Shown piece by piece: positions 1 through 10,332 of a stretch of DNA of 64,000 bases (position 1 is its first letter; each line of letters opens with the position of its first letter). The notes beneath the pieces were generated by a model. The model was given only the letters and a program-made list of their open reading frames with translations, made no database searches and was not told the origin of the DNA. The translations under genes were made by a program, and so were the position numbers. This DNA is from Bacillota bacterium (GTDB lineage: Bacteria; Bacillota; Sulfobacillia; Fermentithermobacillales; Fermentithermobacillaceae): the NCBI GenBank assembly GCA_050952085.1, contig JBMNKH010000002.1:13929-77928 (forward strand). The letters are read 5' to 3'.

Positions 1-354
1 ATCGCAGATAGCATGGCATCCTACAGTATCCCGGTCATAGTTCTGGCATGGTTAATTGGAGCGTTGATCCGGGTGGCCCAGGGGTCGGGAACGGTTGCTC
101 TGGTTACCACTGCAAACCTTATGGCCCCGGCGCTGGCACAAATGTCTCCCGGCTACGCGATTTGGGTTGCCCTAGCGATTTGTTCCGGAGCAGCCTTCGG
201 CGGCCACGTGAATGATAGCGGCTTCTGGATTGTGACCAGGCTTTCCGGAATTACCGTAAAAGGCGGCCTCAAGATGTATACCTTGAACGGGTCCATCAGT
301 GCGTTCATCAGGCTGGCAGTTTTGTTGGTTGCATCTGCTATTTTCATGAGATAG
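1..354 (+). CDS. GntP-family permease (gluconate/sugar-acid:H+ symporter), 3' fragment; the 5' end lies outside the window
   Basis: C-terminal hydrophobic segment with the GntP signature HVNDSGFW. The ORF runs in from position 1. Confidence 0.6.
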   Translation: MADSMASYSIPVIVLAWLIGALIRVAQGSGTVALVTTANLMAPALAQMSPGYAIWVALAICSGAAFGGHVNDSGFWIVTRLSGITVKGGLKMYTLNGSISAFIRLAVLLVASAIFMR

Positions 355-366
355 TTCGTTGACTGG

Positions 367-416
367 AAGGTGTCGCGGCATGTTGCCGGCGATGTGGTGC
401 CTTGCCGCGACACCTT
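367..416. promoter_or_regulatory. Perfect 14-bp inverted repeat (AAGGTGTCGCGGCA / TGCCGCGACACCTT) separated by 22 nt: terminator-like stem or regulator operator
   Basis: Read directly from the sequence between the GntP stop and the next gene. No T-run follows it. Confidence 0.35.
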
Positions 417-491
417 GACCTTGGGAAGAGACTTGCTGAGTGAAGTCCGAGTACACCAGGCGCCCTGCTTGTCAGAAGGCGTGCCAGGGCA

Positions 492-1790
492 ATGAAAAAC
501 GATGGAGGGATTCAAGTGGCTGTGATTTTCGGCGGGTTCGATGTAGATTTCCCGCGAATGGTGCCAGTCCGCCAGCACTTCGTTGCAGACAAAGTAGAGA
601 ATGTACGGGAAGCTGTACTAAAAGAGCTTACCCGTGATGATATCAGAAGCCGCTTCAAAGAGGGGCAGCGTATTGCCGTTACAGTGGGCAGCAGAGGTAT
701 AGCGAGCATAGACGTAGTGGTCAAGACCACAGTTGATTTCTTGAAGGAAATAGGCACCAAGCCGTTCATCATCCCGGCAATGGGCAGTCACGGCGGAGCA
801 AGCCCTGAAGGGCAGAAGAAGGTGCTTGCCAGCTACGGTATTACTGAGGAAACCATGGGAGCGCCTATTGAGGCGGACATGGAAGTGGTTCAACTTGGTA
901 CTACAAAGAGTGGTGCCCCGGCTTACTTCAGCAAGGTTGCCTACGAAGCAGACGGCATCGTGGTGATCAACAGGGTGAAGAACCACACCAGCTTCCGCGG
1001 ACCGGTAGAGAGCGGTTTAACTAAGATGGTAGTTATCGGCCTAGGCAAGCACAAAGGTGCCACGTATGTTCACTATCAAGGTTTTGACCGCTTTAGCCAG
1101 CTTATCCCCGAAGTGGGGGAAGTGCTGCTCAGTAAGGCCAAGATTGCCTGTGGGCTGGCCCTGGTTGAAAACGGTTATCATGAGCTGATGATAGTGCACG
1201 CCGCATTGCCTGAGCAGTTCATAGAAACCGATACTAGACTGCTTAAGGTCGCATACGAAGCCATGCCTCGTATCCTATTCGACGAGTTCGAAGTGCTCAT
1301 AGTCGACGAAATCGGAAAGGATATCTCAGGTGCCGGAATGGATCCCAACGTTACAGGGCGTTTTTCGGAGGCTCACATGATAGCTCTTCAACTCAAACCG
1401 AGAATTCAGAGGATTGTGGTGCTTGACCTAACGGATGAGTCTTACGGGAATGCCATCGGGTTGGGTTCAGCGGATTTAACTACCAGCCGGGTGGTCGCCA
1501 AGATCGACAGGCAGGCAACCTATGCCAACGTGATCACCTCGACCGTTCTGAGGGGTGGTGCGATCCCCATGTATTTCGACACCGACAAAGAATCAATTGC
1601 AGTAGCCCTGAAAACGTGCAAACGCGTTGAACCATCTGAGGCAAGGGTAGTCCGCATCAAGAATACTTCAGCCCTGGACGTAATTCATGTATCGGAGACT
1701 TTGCTCCCGCAAGTAAAGCAGGATCCCAGGTTGGAGATCATCGGAGAATCACGGCCAATGGCATTCACTGACGAGGGCAGACTAATATAG
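492..1790 (+). CDS. LarA-family (DUF2088) nickel-pincer-dependent hydroxyacid racemase/epimerase homolog
   Basis: The 432-aa length matches LarA. It has an IPAMGSHGG motif, like the LarA AxGxH catalytic-His region, and GLGKHKG, like the Lys/His cofactor-tether region. It is followed directly by a sugar-acid dehydratase. Confidence 0.5.
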   Translation: MKNDGGIQVAVIFGGFDVDFPRMVPVRQHFVADKVENVREAVLKELTRDDIRSRFKEGQRIAVTVGSRGIASIDVVVKTTVDFLKEIGTKPFIIPAMGSHGGASPEGQKKVLASYGITEETMGAPIEADMEVVQLGTTKSGAPAYFSKVAYEADGIVVINRVKNHTSFRGPVESGLTKMVVIGLGKHKGATYVHYQGFDRFSQLIPEVGEVLLSKAKIACGLALVENGYHELMIVHAALPEQFIETDTRLLKVAYEAMPRILFDEFEVLIVDEIGKDISGAGMDPNVTGRFSEAHMIALQLKPRIQRIVVLDLTDESYGNAIGLGSADLTTSRVVAKIDRQATYANVITSTVLRGGAIPMYFDTDKESIAVALKTCKRVEPSEARVVRIKNTSALDVIHVSETLLPQVKQDPRLEIIGESRPMAFTDEGRLI

Positions 1791-3485
1791 ATGGCTTGTA
1801 CAGGAGGGGAAGGAATGTTTAGACGAAGCTGTGCTATCGTCAAATTCCCGGACCGGGCCGGCACTCGTGCTTTGCTTAAATCCATGGGTTATTCTGATTA
1901 CGATCTCAACAGGCCGCTCATCGGAATCGCAAATGCCTGGAGTACCATAGTCCCGGGCCATTATAACTTGAGGCAAATAGCCGGCGCGGTCAGGGACGGC
2001 ATACTGCAAGCAGGCGGAACCCCAGTGGAATTCGGGGTAATCGGTGTGTGTGACGGGGTCGCCAACGGTCATGCGGGCGGGAAGTACTCATTGCCTTCGC
2101 GGGATCTGATTGCCGCCAGTATTGAGACGGCAGTCGAGGCACACAGGTTGGATGCAGTGGTGCTGCTAGGCTCCTGCGACAAAACGGTACCCGGGATGCT
2201 GATGGCAGCGGCTCGCATGGATATCCCTGCCCTACTTGTCCCCGGAGGTCCCATGTCCGGAGGAGTGGTGTTCGATGGCCGGGAGAGCGACATCACTTCC
2301 CTATCTGAAGCGTTGGGGATGTACCGCATAGGCAAAGCGGACGAAGACGTGATCATGCACTTGGAGAACGGAAGTGCCCCAACATGCGGTTCGTGCTCCT
2401 TCCTGGGAACCGCAAATACCATGTGTTGTCTGGCGGAAGCTATGGGAATGACACTTCCATATGGGGGAACAGCTCCTGCCGTGTCCGCTGCCCGCTTGAG
2501 GCTTGCCCAGGAATCCGGCCGCGCTATTGTGAGACTGGTTGAAAAAGGTATCACCAGCCGCCGGGTTATAGACAGGAATTCCCTGCTTAACGCCATAAGG
2601 GTAGCGATGGCTATCGGAGGGTCCACCAACGCAGTCTTGCACATCCTAGCTATAGCCCACGAAGCAGAGGCTGATCTTAGCACCGATGAATTCGACACTA
2701 TCAGCAGGATGGTTCCCCACATAGCTCGGGTTTATCCTGCCGGTCCCAAGAACGTTATCGACTTTCACCGAGCAGGCGGAGTTCCTGCGGTCATGAAAGA
2801 AATCGCGTCCCTCCTGGATACCACTGCTTTGACGGTTTCAGGGAACACCGTTGAAGAGATTATTGCTTCGGCATCCACCAGGGACAGTTCCATCATCAAG
2901 ACCCTTGACGATCCGTTCAGCAAAGACGGAGGGCTGGCTGTGCTTAGAGGCAACCTGGCTTCCGACACGGCTGTAACAAAGCCGGCAGCCATTCATCCAT
3001 CTATGTGGACGTTTACCGGTCCCGCCAGGGTGTTCGAGAGCGAAGAGAGTGTCAATGAAGCAATTAGCGCTGGACGTATCAAAGAAGGAGAAGTGGTAGT
3101 GATTCGGTACGAGGGTCCCAAAGGCGGACCAGGTATGCGCGAAATGGCTCGGGCATTGAAGATGCTCTACGGTATGGGATTGGCGCTGAAGACCGCGGTG
3201 ATAACCGACGGCCGATTCTCTGGAACCAACAACGGATGCTTTGTTGGCCACATTTCACCTGAAGCAGCAGAGGGAGGGCCCCTGGCCATCGTGGAAGACG
3301 GGGATCAGATCACCATCGATATTCCCAACCGCCGCCTACACTTGCACCTAAGCGATGAGGAAATCAAGAGGCGCTTGGATATGTGGCGCAGGCCGCCGTC
3401 CAAAGCCCCCAAGGGCTATTTGCAGATATACAGCCAACTGGCTGAGTCCGCAAGTCGCGGAGGAATTCTCAGACACCGACCCTAG
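1791..3485 (+). CDS. IlvD/EDD-family dehydratase (dihydroxy-acid or sugar-acid dehydratase); the real start may be the ATG at 1815
   Basis: Strong family motifs: PLIGIANAWSTIVPGH, CDGVANG, CDKTVPGM and the C-terminal SGTNNGCFVGHISPEAAEGGPLA. Confidence 0.85.
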   Translation: MACTGGEGMFRRSCAIVKFPDRAGTRALLKSMGYSDYDLNRPLIGIANAWSTIVPGHYNLRQIAGAVRDGILQAGGTPVEFGVIGVCDGVANGHAGGKYSLPSRDLIAASIETAVEAHRLDAVVLLGSCDKTVPGMLMAAARMDIPALLVPGGPMSGGVVFDGRESDITSLSEALGMYRIGKADEDVIMHLENGSAPTCGSCSFLGTANTMCCLAEAMGMTLPYGGTAPAVSAARLRLAQESGRAIVRLVEKGITSRRVIDRNSLLNAIRVAMAIGGSTNAVLHILAIAHEAEADLSTDEFDTISRMVPHIARVYPAGPKNVIDFHRAGGVPAVMKEIASLLDTTALTVSGNTVEEIIASASTRDSSIIKTLDDPFSKDGGLAVLRGNLASDTAVTKPAAIHPSMWTFTGPARVFESEESVNEAISAGRIKEGEVVVIRYEGPKGGPGMREMARALKMLYGMGLALKTAVITDGRFSGTNNGCFVGHISPEAAEGGPLAIVEDGDQITIDIPNRRLHLHLSDEEIKRRLDMWRRPPSKAPKGYLQIYSQLAESASRGGILRHRP

Positions 3486-3612
3486 CAAGGTTGTCTTTAG
3501 CCGTGTCAGTTGGTGCCATTGACCATCCTGTGTACCTTAGAAGGCAAGGCTGGGTCAAACAAACATAGCACCGCCGTAGCAGATTTTATCACTAAACCAA
3601 TATGGGAGCGAT

Positions 3613-4104
3613 TTGATGATGAGTAGCCGTAGCATTCTTGCGCAAAACGCCGATCTCGCCATTGCTGCGAAAATGCTCGAGAAGGGATACTCGGCCGCCC
3701 TGGTCAGAGATGGCCGGGTCCTTTCCCTCCAACGAGGAGATGGTATCAAGCCCCTACTCAGTGCTGTGGCAGAATCCAACGGAGACGTACTCGGTGCGTC
3801 CCTGGCCGACAAAGTGGCAGGTCTGGCTGTTGCACGACTGACTGCTTATTTCGGCTTGGCTGCTGTTTATGCAGTTGTGGGGAGCGACTCAGCAGCAGAG
3901 GAACTGGACCGAGCGGGGATTCCATACGAGTTTGCAGAGAGCGTTCCTTTGATAATGAACCGATCTGGTGACGGCAGATGTCCCATAGAGAACCTGGCTG
4001 CATCCGGCGGCACTCCGGAAGATACCTACAGGGTGCTGGTGCGGTTCTTGTTCGGTAAAGAGGACGTCGTACACTCTGGCGTGGCAAAGGGCATCCAACT
4101 ATGA
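3613..4104 (+). CDS. DUF1893 (TM1506-like) small conserved protein of unknown function
   Basis: It is 163 aa. The GIKPL, ADKVAGLAVARL and CPIE motifs resemble the TM1506 family. Its stop overlaps the downstream start (ATGA). Confidence 0.4.
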   Translation: MMMSSRSILAQNADLAIAAKMLEKGYSAALVRDGRVLSLQRGDGIKPLLSAVAESNGDVLGASLADKVAGLAVARLTAYFGLAAVYAVVGSDSAAEELDRAGIPYEFAESVPLIMNRSGDGRCPIENLAASGGTPEDTYRVLVRFLFGKEDVVHSGVAKGIQL

Positions 4105-5348
4105 AGAACCGTGGACTCGGATATGAACGGTCGCTCCTGCTTCTCCTCGGGTCACTAAGTATGTTTTTGTACGGAACTATATACAGTTGGTCCATATTCA
4201 TCGAGCCTCTAGAAACTGAGTTCAGTTGGAGTCGCTCCCAAGTGACTATGGCTTACAGCATCGGGATGGTTGCCCTCTACATCGGGATGACCTTGCATGG
4301 GGTCCTTGCCTCAAAAAAGTCTTCGCGTTATTCCATGTTACTGGGGGCGTCATTGATACTGGCGGGTTATAGCACGGCAAGTCGCATCGGGCCCGATATG
4401 CAGGACATCGCGCGTCTGCTAGTGCTGTGGTTGTCTTACGGTGTGTGCGGCGGGCTTGGCGTAGGCATATGCTACAATGGTTGGCTCACAACTGTCGTAG
4501 AAAGGCTCCCCGATCGGCCCGGCCTTGCGTCGGGCTTGCTGCTCATGGGCATGGGCATTGGAGGTTTTGCGTCGGCTCAAGCGGCCGATCTGATGATTCG
4601 CAGTTTCTTGGGATGGAGACACACTTTACTCGTCTTCGGCCTTCTAATGGGAATGATGTCACTGCTTTCCATTGGGTTTCTTGCGCATGTAACCAAAGAC
4701 ACTTCTTCCCTACGGCTGGTCAAGCAGGCCGGTTCAGATGTCGGCCCTTCAGAAATGCTCCGGAAAAAGTCTTTTTGGGCCTTTATGCTGTGGAAGATGG
4801 TACTTCTCTGCAGCGGTTCCGCGGTGATCGGGCAAGCAGCGAGAATCGCTGCCGATGCCGGTGCAAGTCCGTCGGTGTCTTCCGTGGCGGTGGGGTTGCT
4901 GAGCATAGGTAACGCGGTCAGTCGCGTAGTGTTTGGGGTCTTGGCAGACAAAATGGGACAAAGGAAAACAATGCTATCACTTGCATCGGTGATGTTGGTA
5001 GCCTCACTGGTATTGGCAGGCACATACCAAATGAAGATCCCTGCGACTGTTGCCGTTTGCTTGTTCCTGTTCGGGATTTGCTACGGTGGTTCCATTACGA
5101 TTTCACCCAACTACATCCGGTCAATGTACGGCTACAAGTACTTGAAGACAAACATAGGGGTAAGCAGCTTGATATCATGTATCCCCACCCTTGCGGTGTC
5201 GTCGCTTATAGGCGCGATCAAAACAACTACCGGATCTTATGCGTCTTTCTTTTGGATAGTGACCGGTACCAGCATTTTGTCAATTTGGTTTGCCATCGGT
5301 GCTTCACCGTCGGTGGACCCTGCAACCCGTGGCCGGACATCTCCTTGA
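4101..5348 (+). CDS. MFS transporter, oxalate/formate antiporter (OFA)-like family
   Basis: It is 415 aa with about 12 predicted TM helices and an OFA-like N-terminus (LYGTIYSWSIF...). Confidence 0.75.
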   Translation: MKNRGLGYERSLLLLLGSLSMFLYGTIYSWSIFIEPLETEFSWSRSQVTMAYSIGMVALYIGMTLHGVLASKKSSRYSMLLGASLILAGYSTASRIGPDMQDIARLLVLWLSYGVCGGLGVGICYNGWLTTVVERLPDRPGLASGLLLMGMGIGGFASAQAADLMIRSFLGWRHTLLVFGLLMGMMSLLSIGFLAHVTKDTSSLRLVKQAGSDVGPSEMLRKKSFWAFMLWKMVLLCSGSAVIGQAARIAADAGASPSVSSVAVGLLSIGNAVSRVVFGVLADKMGQRKTMLSLASVMLVASLVLAGTYQMKIPATVAVCLFLFGICYGGSITISPNYIRSMYGYKYLKTNIGVSSLISCIPTLAVSSLIGAIKTTTGSYASFFWIVTGTSILSIWFAIGASPSVDPATRGRTSP

Positions 5349-5526
5349 TCTCATGGGTCGCGCAGCACACAAGTGTAGGCATACAAGTGGAACTGACCGG
5401 ATACGAGTCTACTCGTTGCCTCAGGTGATGCACAGATGCGCTAACGATGTACTTATGACTAAAGATGCGCTGGATGAATACCGACAGAAAAGGTGGGAGA
5501 TATCCCAGTCTAGAACGTGCATGATA

Positions 5527-5555
5527 TTGAAAGTGTCGGGATTATCTGTTATACT
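5527..5555 (+). promoter_or_regulatory. Candidate sigma-A promoter for the IclR gene (-35 TTGAAA, 17-nt spacer, -10 TATACT)
   Basis: Hexamers and spacing read directly from the sequence. Confidence 0.4.
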
Positions 5556-5573
5556 GTCTAGGCGTGAGAAACG

Positions 5574-6359
5574 ATGTTAGGTATGGTGAGACGTATGAGT
5601 AAGAATACAGTGAAGTCCGTCGATAGAGCATTGAACATACTCTGCATAATCGGAGAATCTACAACACCGGTCGCAATCAAAGGGCTTAGCGAGTACTTGG
5701 GATTGCCCCGCACCACTCTGTACGCCACACTAAACAGCCTTGAGAATTTCGGTTTCATAGCCCGCCATGAAGATACACGGTCATATCGGCTTGGATGGCG
5801 GGCATATGTACTAGGCATGGAGTTTCTGAAGAGGCGCATAGATCATAGCGCGGTGGAAGAGGCGCGGACCCTTACCTACAAGTGGAACTATAGTTCGAAC
5901 ATCAGTGTATATGTGGGAAACAACAGAGTTGCCTTTCTACACACGGAGTTGCCCAATAAACCCCACCTTGTGCTTCCAAGGCTGGGTTACATGTCGTGGG
6001 CCCATAGCACGGCCAGTGGTAAGGTGTTGCTCGCCTATTTGGGCAAGACCGAGTTGGATCGTGTTTTGGCAAGGGAACTCGAGGCGATGACGCCCTACAC
6101 CATTACAGATCCGGCGAGGCTGGCTGAGGAATTAGCTAAGATAAGAGAACAGGGATGGGCTCTGGACGACCAGGAGAGCGTGCTGGGACTTGGTTGTATG
6201 GCGGTACCCATAAGGGATGCTCTCGACAGGTGCGTCGGAGCAATCAGTGTCTCCGGATCTATAGACGAAATAAAGGCGAGCATGGAGGAAATAAGTGACG
6301 ATCTCCTCGCGACAGCCAAGCGGATTTCTCAGATACCTAAGGCAGCGATTCTGGAGTGA
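5574..6359 (+). CDS. IclR-family transcriptional regulator
   Basis: N-terminal HTH (SVDRALNILCII) and a C-terminal IclR effector domain. The start may be the ATG at 5586 or 5592. Confidence 0.8.
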   Translation: MLGMVRRMSKNTVKSVDRALNILCIIGESTTPVAIKGLSEYLGLPRTTLYATLNSLENFGFIARHEDTRSYRLGWRAYVLGMEFLKRRIDHSAVEEARTLTYKWNYSSNISVYVGNNRVAFLHTELPNKPHLVLPRLGYMSWAHSTASGKVLLAYLGKTELDRVLARELEAMTPYTITDPARLAEELAKIREQGWALDDQESVLGLGCMAVPIRDALDRCVGAISVSGSIDEIKASMEEISDDLLATAKRISQIPKAAILE

Positions 6360-6501
6360 CGAATTTGGCGGAATCTGTACAATCTGAGATCTCAAGCCTT
6401 GTACTGATTTTGCGCCACTTAGTTTGCTATCTTTAGATTTGGTACATTACGCTTACACGGTGACAATATCACTGGCTGTCAGTACGCTGTTGAGAAAACA
6501 C

Positions 6502-6531
6502 TTGACCCGGAATCTGTTTTTGAATTAAGAT
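6502..6531 (+). promoter_or_regulatory. Candidate pyr operon promoter (-35 TTGACC, 18-nt spacer, -10 TAAGAT)
   Basis: Read from the sequence. The -10 element is weak. Confidence 0.3.
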
Positions 6532-6544
6532 TTGGACAAGTTAA

Positions 6545-7232
<688 letters not shown>

Positions 7233-7280
7233 CGGGCACGCCTAGGGACAATTATCTCAGACAGAGGGAGGGCCAGTGAT

Positions 7281-8204
7281 TTGTCACTTCGCGGAAACGA
7301 CCTGTTATCCCTAAGGGAGATGAGCCCGGAAGATATGGAACTGGTGCTGTCTACAGCCCGTTCCCTCAAAGAGATCCTTTCAAGGCCCATTAAGAAGGTC
7401 CCCACCCTCAGGGGGAAAGTGGTTTGCACCTTGTTCTATGAGCCTTCCACCCGGACCAAGACATCTTTCGAACTGGCTGCCAGGTACATGTCTGCAGACG
7501 CAGTTTCATTTTCCAGTGCTAGCTCTTCAGTGAAAAAAGGTGAATCCCTTGCAGATACTGCACGCAATCTGACTATGATGGGCATTGACCTTGCCATCAT
7601 GCGGCACAGCGTTTCCGGTTCATGCCATTTTCTCGCAAAGGTGCTGGATATCCCGGTGGTGAACGCAGGCGACGGTATGAACGAACATCCCACTCAGGCA
7701 CTGTTAGACATCTTCACCATACTCGATTACAAGTCGCGCATCAGGGGCCTGAAAGTGGCGATAATCGGCGACATCCTTCACTCCAGGGTGGCCCGGTCAA
7801 ACATTTTCGGGCTGACCAAGATGGGGGCAGAGGTTTGTGTTGCAGGCCCTTCGACCTTGCTTCCGCCGGATATTGAGAGACTTGGGGTTAAGGCATACAC
7901 CAGGCCTGAAGAAGCCATCGAAGGGGCAGACGTGGTATATGTACTCCGGTTGCAGCTGGAAAGGCAAGCTAAGAGCTTGTTCCCCTCCAAGAGGGAATAC
8001 CGCGATTTCTTCGGCATTGACAGGCACAGGCTAAGTTACGCCAAAGACGATGCCATTGTAATGCACCCGGGCCCCATGAACCGGGGTGTTGAGATTACCA
8101 CAGATATAGCAGATTCGCCCAGGTCAGTGATTCTGGATCAGGTAACCAGCGGGGTAGCTGTAAGGATGGCGATTCTCTATCTTATCCTGGGAGGCTGGGA
8201 CTGA
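7281..8204 (+). CDS. pyrB: Aspartate carbamoyltransferase catalytic subunit
   Basis: STRTK, HPTQ and HPGP motifs. TTG start with GGAGGG 8 nt upstream. Confidence 0.9.
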   Translation: MSLRGNDLLSLREMSPEDMELVLSTARSLKEILSRPIKKVPTLRGKVVCTLFYEPSTRTKTSFELAARYMSADAVSFSSASSSVKKGESLADTARNLTMMGIDLAIMRHSVSGSCHFLAKVLDIPVVNAGDGMNEHPTQALLDIFTILDYKSRIRGLKVAIIGDILHSRVARSNIFGLTKMGAEVCVAGPSTLLPPDIERLGVKAYTRPEEAIEGADVVYVLRLQLERQAKSLFPSKREYRDFFGIDRHRLSYAKDDAIVMHPGPMNRGVEITTDIADSPRSVILDQVTSGVAVRMAILYLILGGWD

Positions 8205-9508
8205 TGGCAAAAGACTTGCTCATAAAGGGAGGCAGGGTCATTGATCCTTCTTCCCGAACAGACCAGGTGCTTGATGTATTGGTCGTTGACGGGAAAATTG
8301 CAGATCTTTCTGAAAACATTGAGCCTGAAAACGCGGCAACAACAGTTCTTGACGCCACCAGGAAGATTGTTATGCCCGGGTTCATTGATATGCATGTCCA
8401 CTTAAGGGAGCCCGGTTTTGAGCACAAAGAGGATATCGAATCAGGTACCAGGGCAGCTGCCAAGGGTGGTTTCACGGCTGTAGCATGCATGCCCAATACT
8501 GAACCTGCTTGCGATAGTGATACGGTGGTCACGGGTATCCTGGAAAAGGCAAGAAAAAGAGCGTGTGTAAGGGTATATCCCATCGGCGCTGTCACCAAGG
8601 GCCGGGCAGGGAAGGAACTGGCGGAAATGGGTGAGATGAGGGCTGCAGGCGCAGTGGCGTTTTCAGACGATGGTTCGCCTGTAGCAACCGCTGAAATCCT
8701 GCGCTGTGCGTTGGAATACCTAAAGTCATTTGATGCAGTGCTTATCGAACACCCTGAAGATTTATCCCTTTCGGCTGGGGGACAAATCAACTACGGACTG
8801 GTTTCCACTGTGTCTGGGTTGCGCGGGATTCCAAGGGAATCAGAGGAAGTTGCAGTTGCCAGGGATTTGCTCATCGCGAGACTTACAGGGGGACGGCTCC
8901 ACTTCGCCCATATTTCCACCAAAGGCGCAGTGGACTTGATAAGGCAAGCCAAAGCCAGGGGGATTAATGTAACATGTGAAGTCACCCCACATCACCTGAT
9001 ACTAACAGATGAGATGGTGCTTGAAACGGCTTATGACACCAGTACAAAGGTGAACCCGCCCCTTAGGACACAGGAAGATGTAGATGCGCTCAGGGACGCC
9101 CTGGCTGACGGTACCATTGATGCTATCGCCACTGATCATGCGCCCCATCACATAGACGAGAAATGGGTTGAGTACGATTATGCTGACTTTGGGATAAGCG
9201 GCCTTGAAACAGCCGTGAGTCTGATTATCGACAGGCTGGTCTTGCCTGGAATCATCAGTTGGATGAAAATGGCCGAACTTATGAGCTATAACCCTGCCAG
9301 GATCCTTGGTGTACCTGGTGGTACACTCAAACCAGGCGCACCCGGGGATATTACCATCATTGACCCTGATTGCGAATACTCGATACTCCCCCACAATTTC
9401 GAGTCTAAGGGCAAGAATAGCCCGTTCGTGGGTTGGAGGGTGATCGGGGCCCCTTATGGCACTGTTGTAGGGGGCAAGGCAGTTATGTACGACAGGAGAC
9501 TGATTTGA
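8204..9508 (+). CDS. pyrC: Dihydroorotase
   Basis: DMHVHLREPG and DHAPH motifs. The start overlaps the pyrB stop. Confidence 0.9.
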   Translation: MAKDLLIKGGRVIDPSSRTDQVLDVLVVDGKIADLSENIEPENAATTVLDATRKIVMPGFIDMHVHLREPGFEHKEDIESGTRAAAKGGFTAVACMPNTEPACDSDTVVTGILEKARKRACVRVYPIGAVTKGRAGKELAEMGEMRAAGAVAFSDDGSPVATAEILRCALEYLKSFDAVLIEHPEDLSLSAGGQINYGLVSTVSGLRGIPRESEEVAVARDLLIARLTGGRLHFAHISTKGAVDLIRQAKARGINVTCEVTPHHLILTDEMVLETAYDTSTKVNPPLRTQEDVDALRDALADGTIDAIATDHAPHHIDEKWVEYDYADFGISGLETAVSLIIDRLVLPGIISWMKMAELMSYNPARILGVPGGTLKPGAPGDITIIDPDCEYSILPHNFESKGKNSPFVGWRVIGAPYGTVVGGKAVMYDRRLI

Positions 9509-10332
9509 TGGATTTACGGCAGATTCATGATGTAGACGCCAGGATAGTCCGGCTTAGCAATATCCGGGGAAATTTGTACAGCATGTGCCTTGAAGCCCCA
9601 GAGATAGCCCGGACGGCTAAACCTATGCAATTTGTGAACATAGCTTTGGGCGACTCAACTGATCCTTTGTTGAGGCGGCCTTTCAGCCTGTCAGGAATAC
9701 ATCCTGACCGCGGGACCATCGGGATAACCTGGGCAGTGGTTGGCCGGGGCACTCAAATCATGGCAGGCTGGCAGGCGGGCCGGTCAGTCCGGGTGCTAGG
9801 CCCCCTGGGAAACGGTTTGGGTATAGACAGGCTGTGTATTGACCACGGGTTAGTGCTTGTGGCGGGGGGAACAGGGATTGCCCCGCTGACGCCCTTAGCT
9901 TCCCAGGCGCTCGAGAAAGAGGCAGAGCTTCAAGTATTCTACGGTGCGCGTTCAGCAAGTGAACTCCTGGATACCGGGGATTTGGGAGCAGCTTGCATGG
10001 TGCACCTGGCCACGGAAGACGGCAGTGTTGGTTTTGGCGGTTTGGTCACTGGATTGTTGGAAGCCCGCCTTAGTGCCGGGGCGCTTGGTAACGGTAGACC
10101 CACGGTAGTCTCGTGTGGCCCGAAACCAATGCTCAACCATGTTAAACAAATCTGTAACAGGCACGGTCTCCCGCTGCTTGTTTCACTGGAAGCGCGCATG
10201 GCATGTGGTTACGGTGTGTGCCAGGGTTGTGTTGTGCCAAGGGCAGGGGGGAAGCAGGGATACTACCGTGTATGTACCGACGGCCCGGTATTCCGGGCAG
10301 AGGACATTGAGCTAGGGGAGTGCACTGGATGA
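9508..10332 (+). CDS. pyrK: Dihydroorotate dehydrogenase electron-transfer subunit (FAD/2Fe-2S)
   Basis: RPFS motif, NAD-binding GGTGIAP, and C-terminal cysteines (CGYGVCQGC). ATG at 9508 overlaps the pyrC stop (TGATG). Confidence 0.85.
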   Translation: MDLRQIHDVDARIVRLSNIRGNLYSMCLEAPEIARTAKPMQFVNIALGDSTDPLLRRPFSLSGIHPDRGTIGITWAVVGRGTQIMAGWQAGRSVRVLGPLGNGLGIDRLCIDHGLVLVAGGTGIAPLTPLASQALEKEAELQVFYGARSASELLDTGDLGAACMVHLATEDGSVGFGGLVTGLLEARLSAGALGNGRPTVVSCGPKPMLNHVKQICNRHGLPLLVSLEARMACGYGVCQGCVVPRAGGKQGYYRVCTDGPVFRAEDIELGECTG

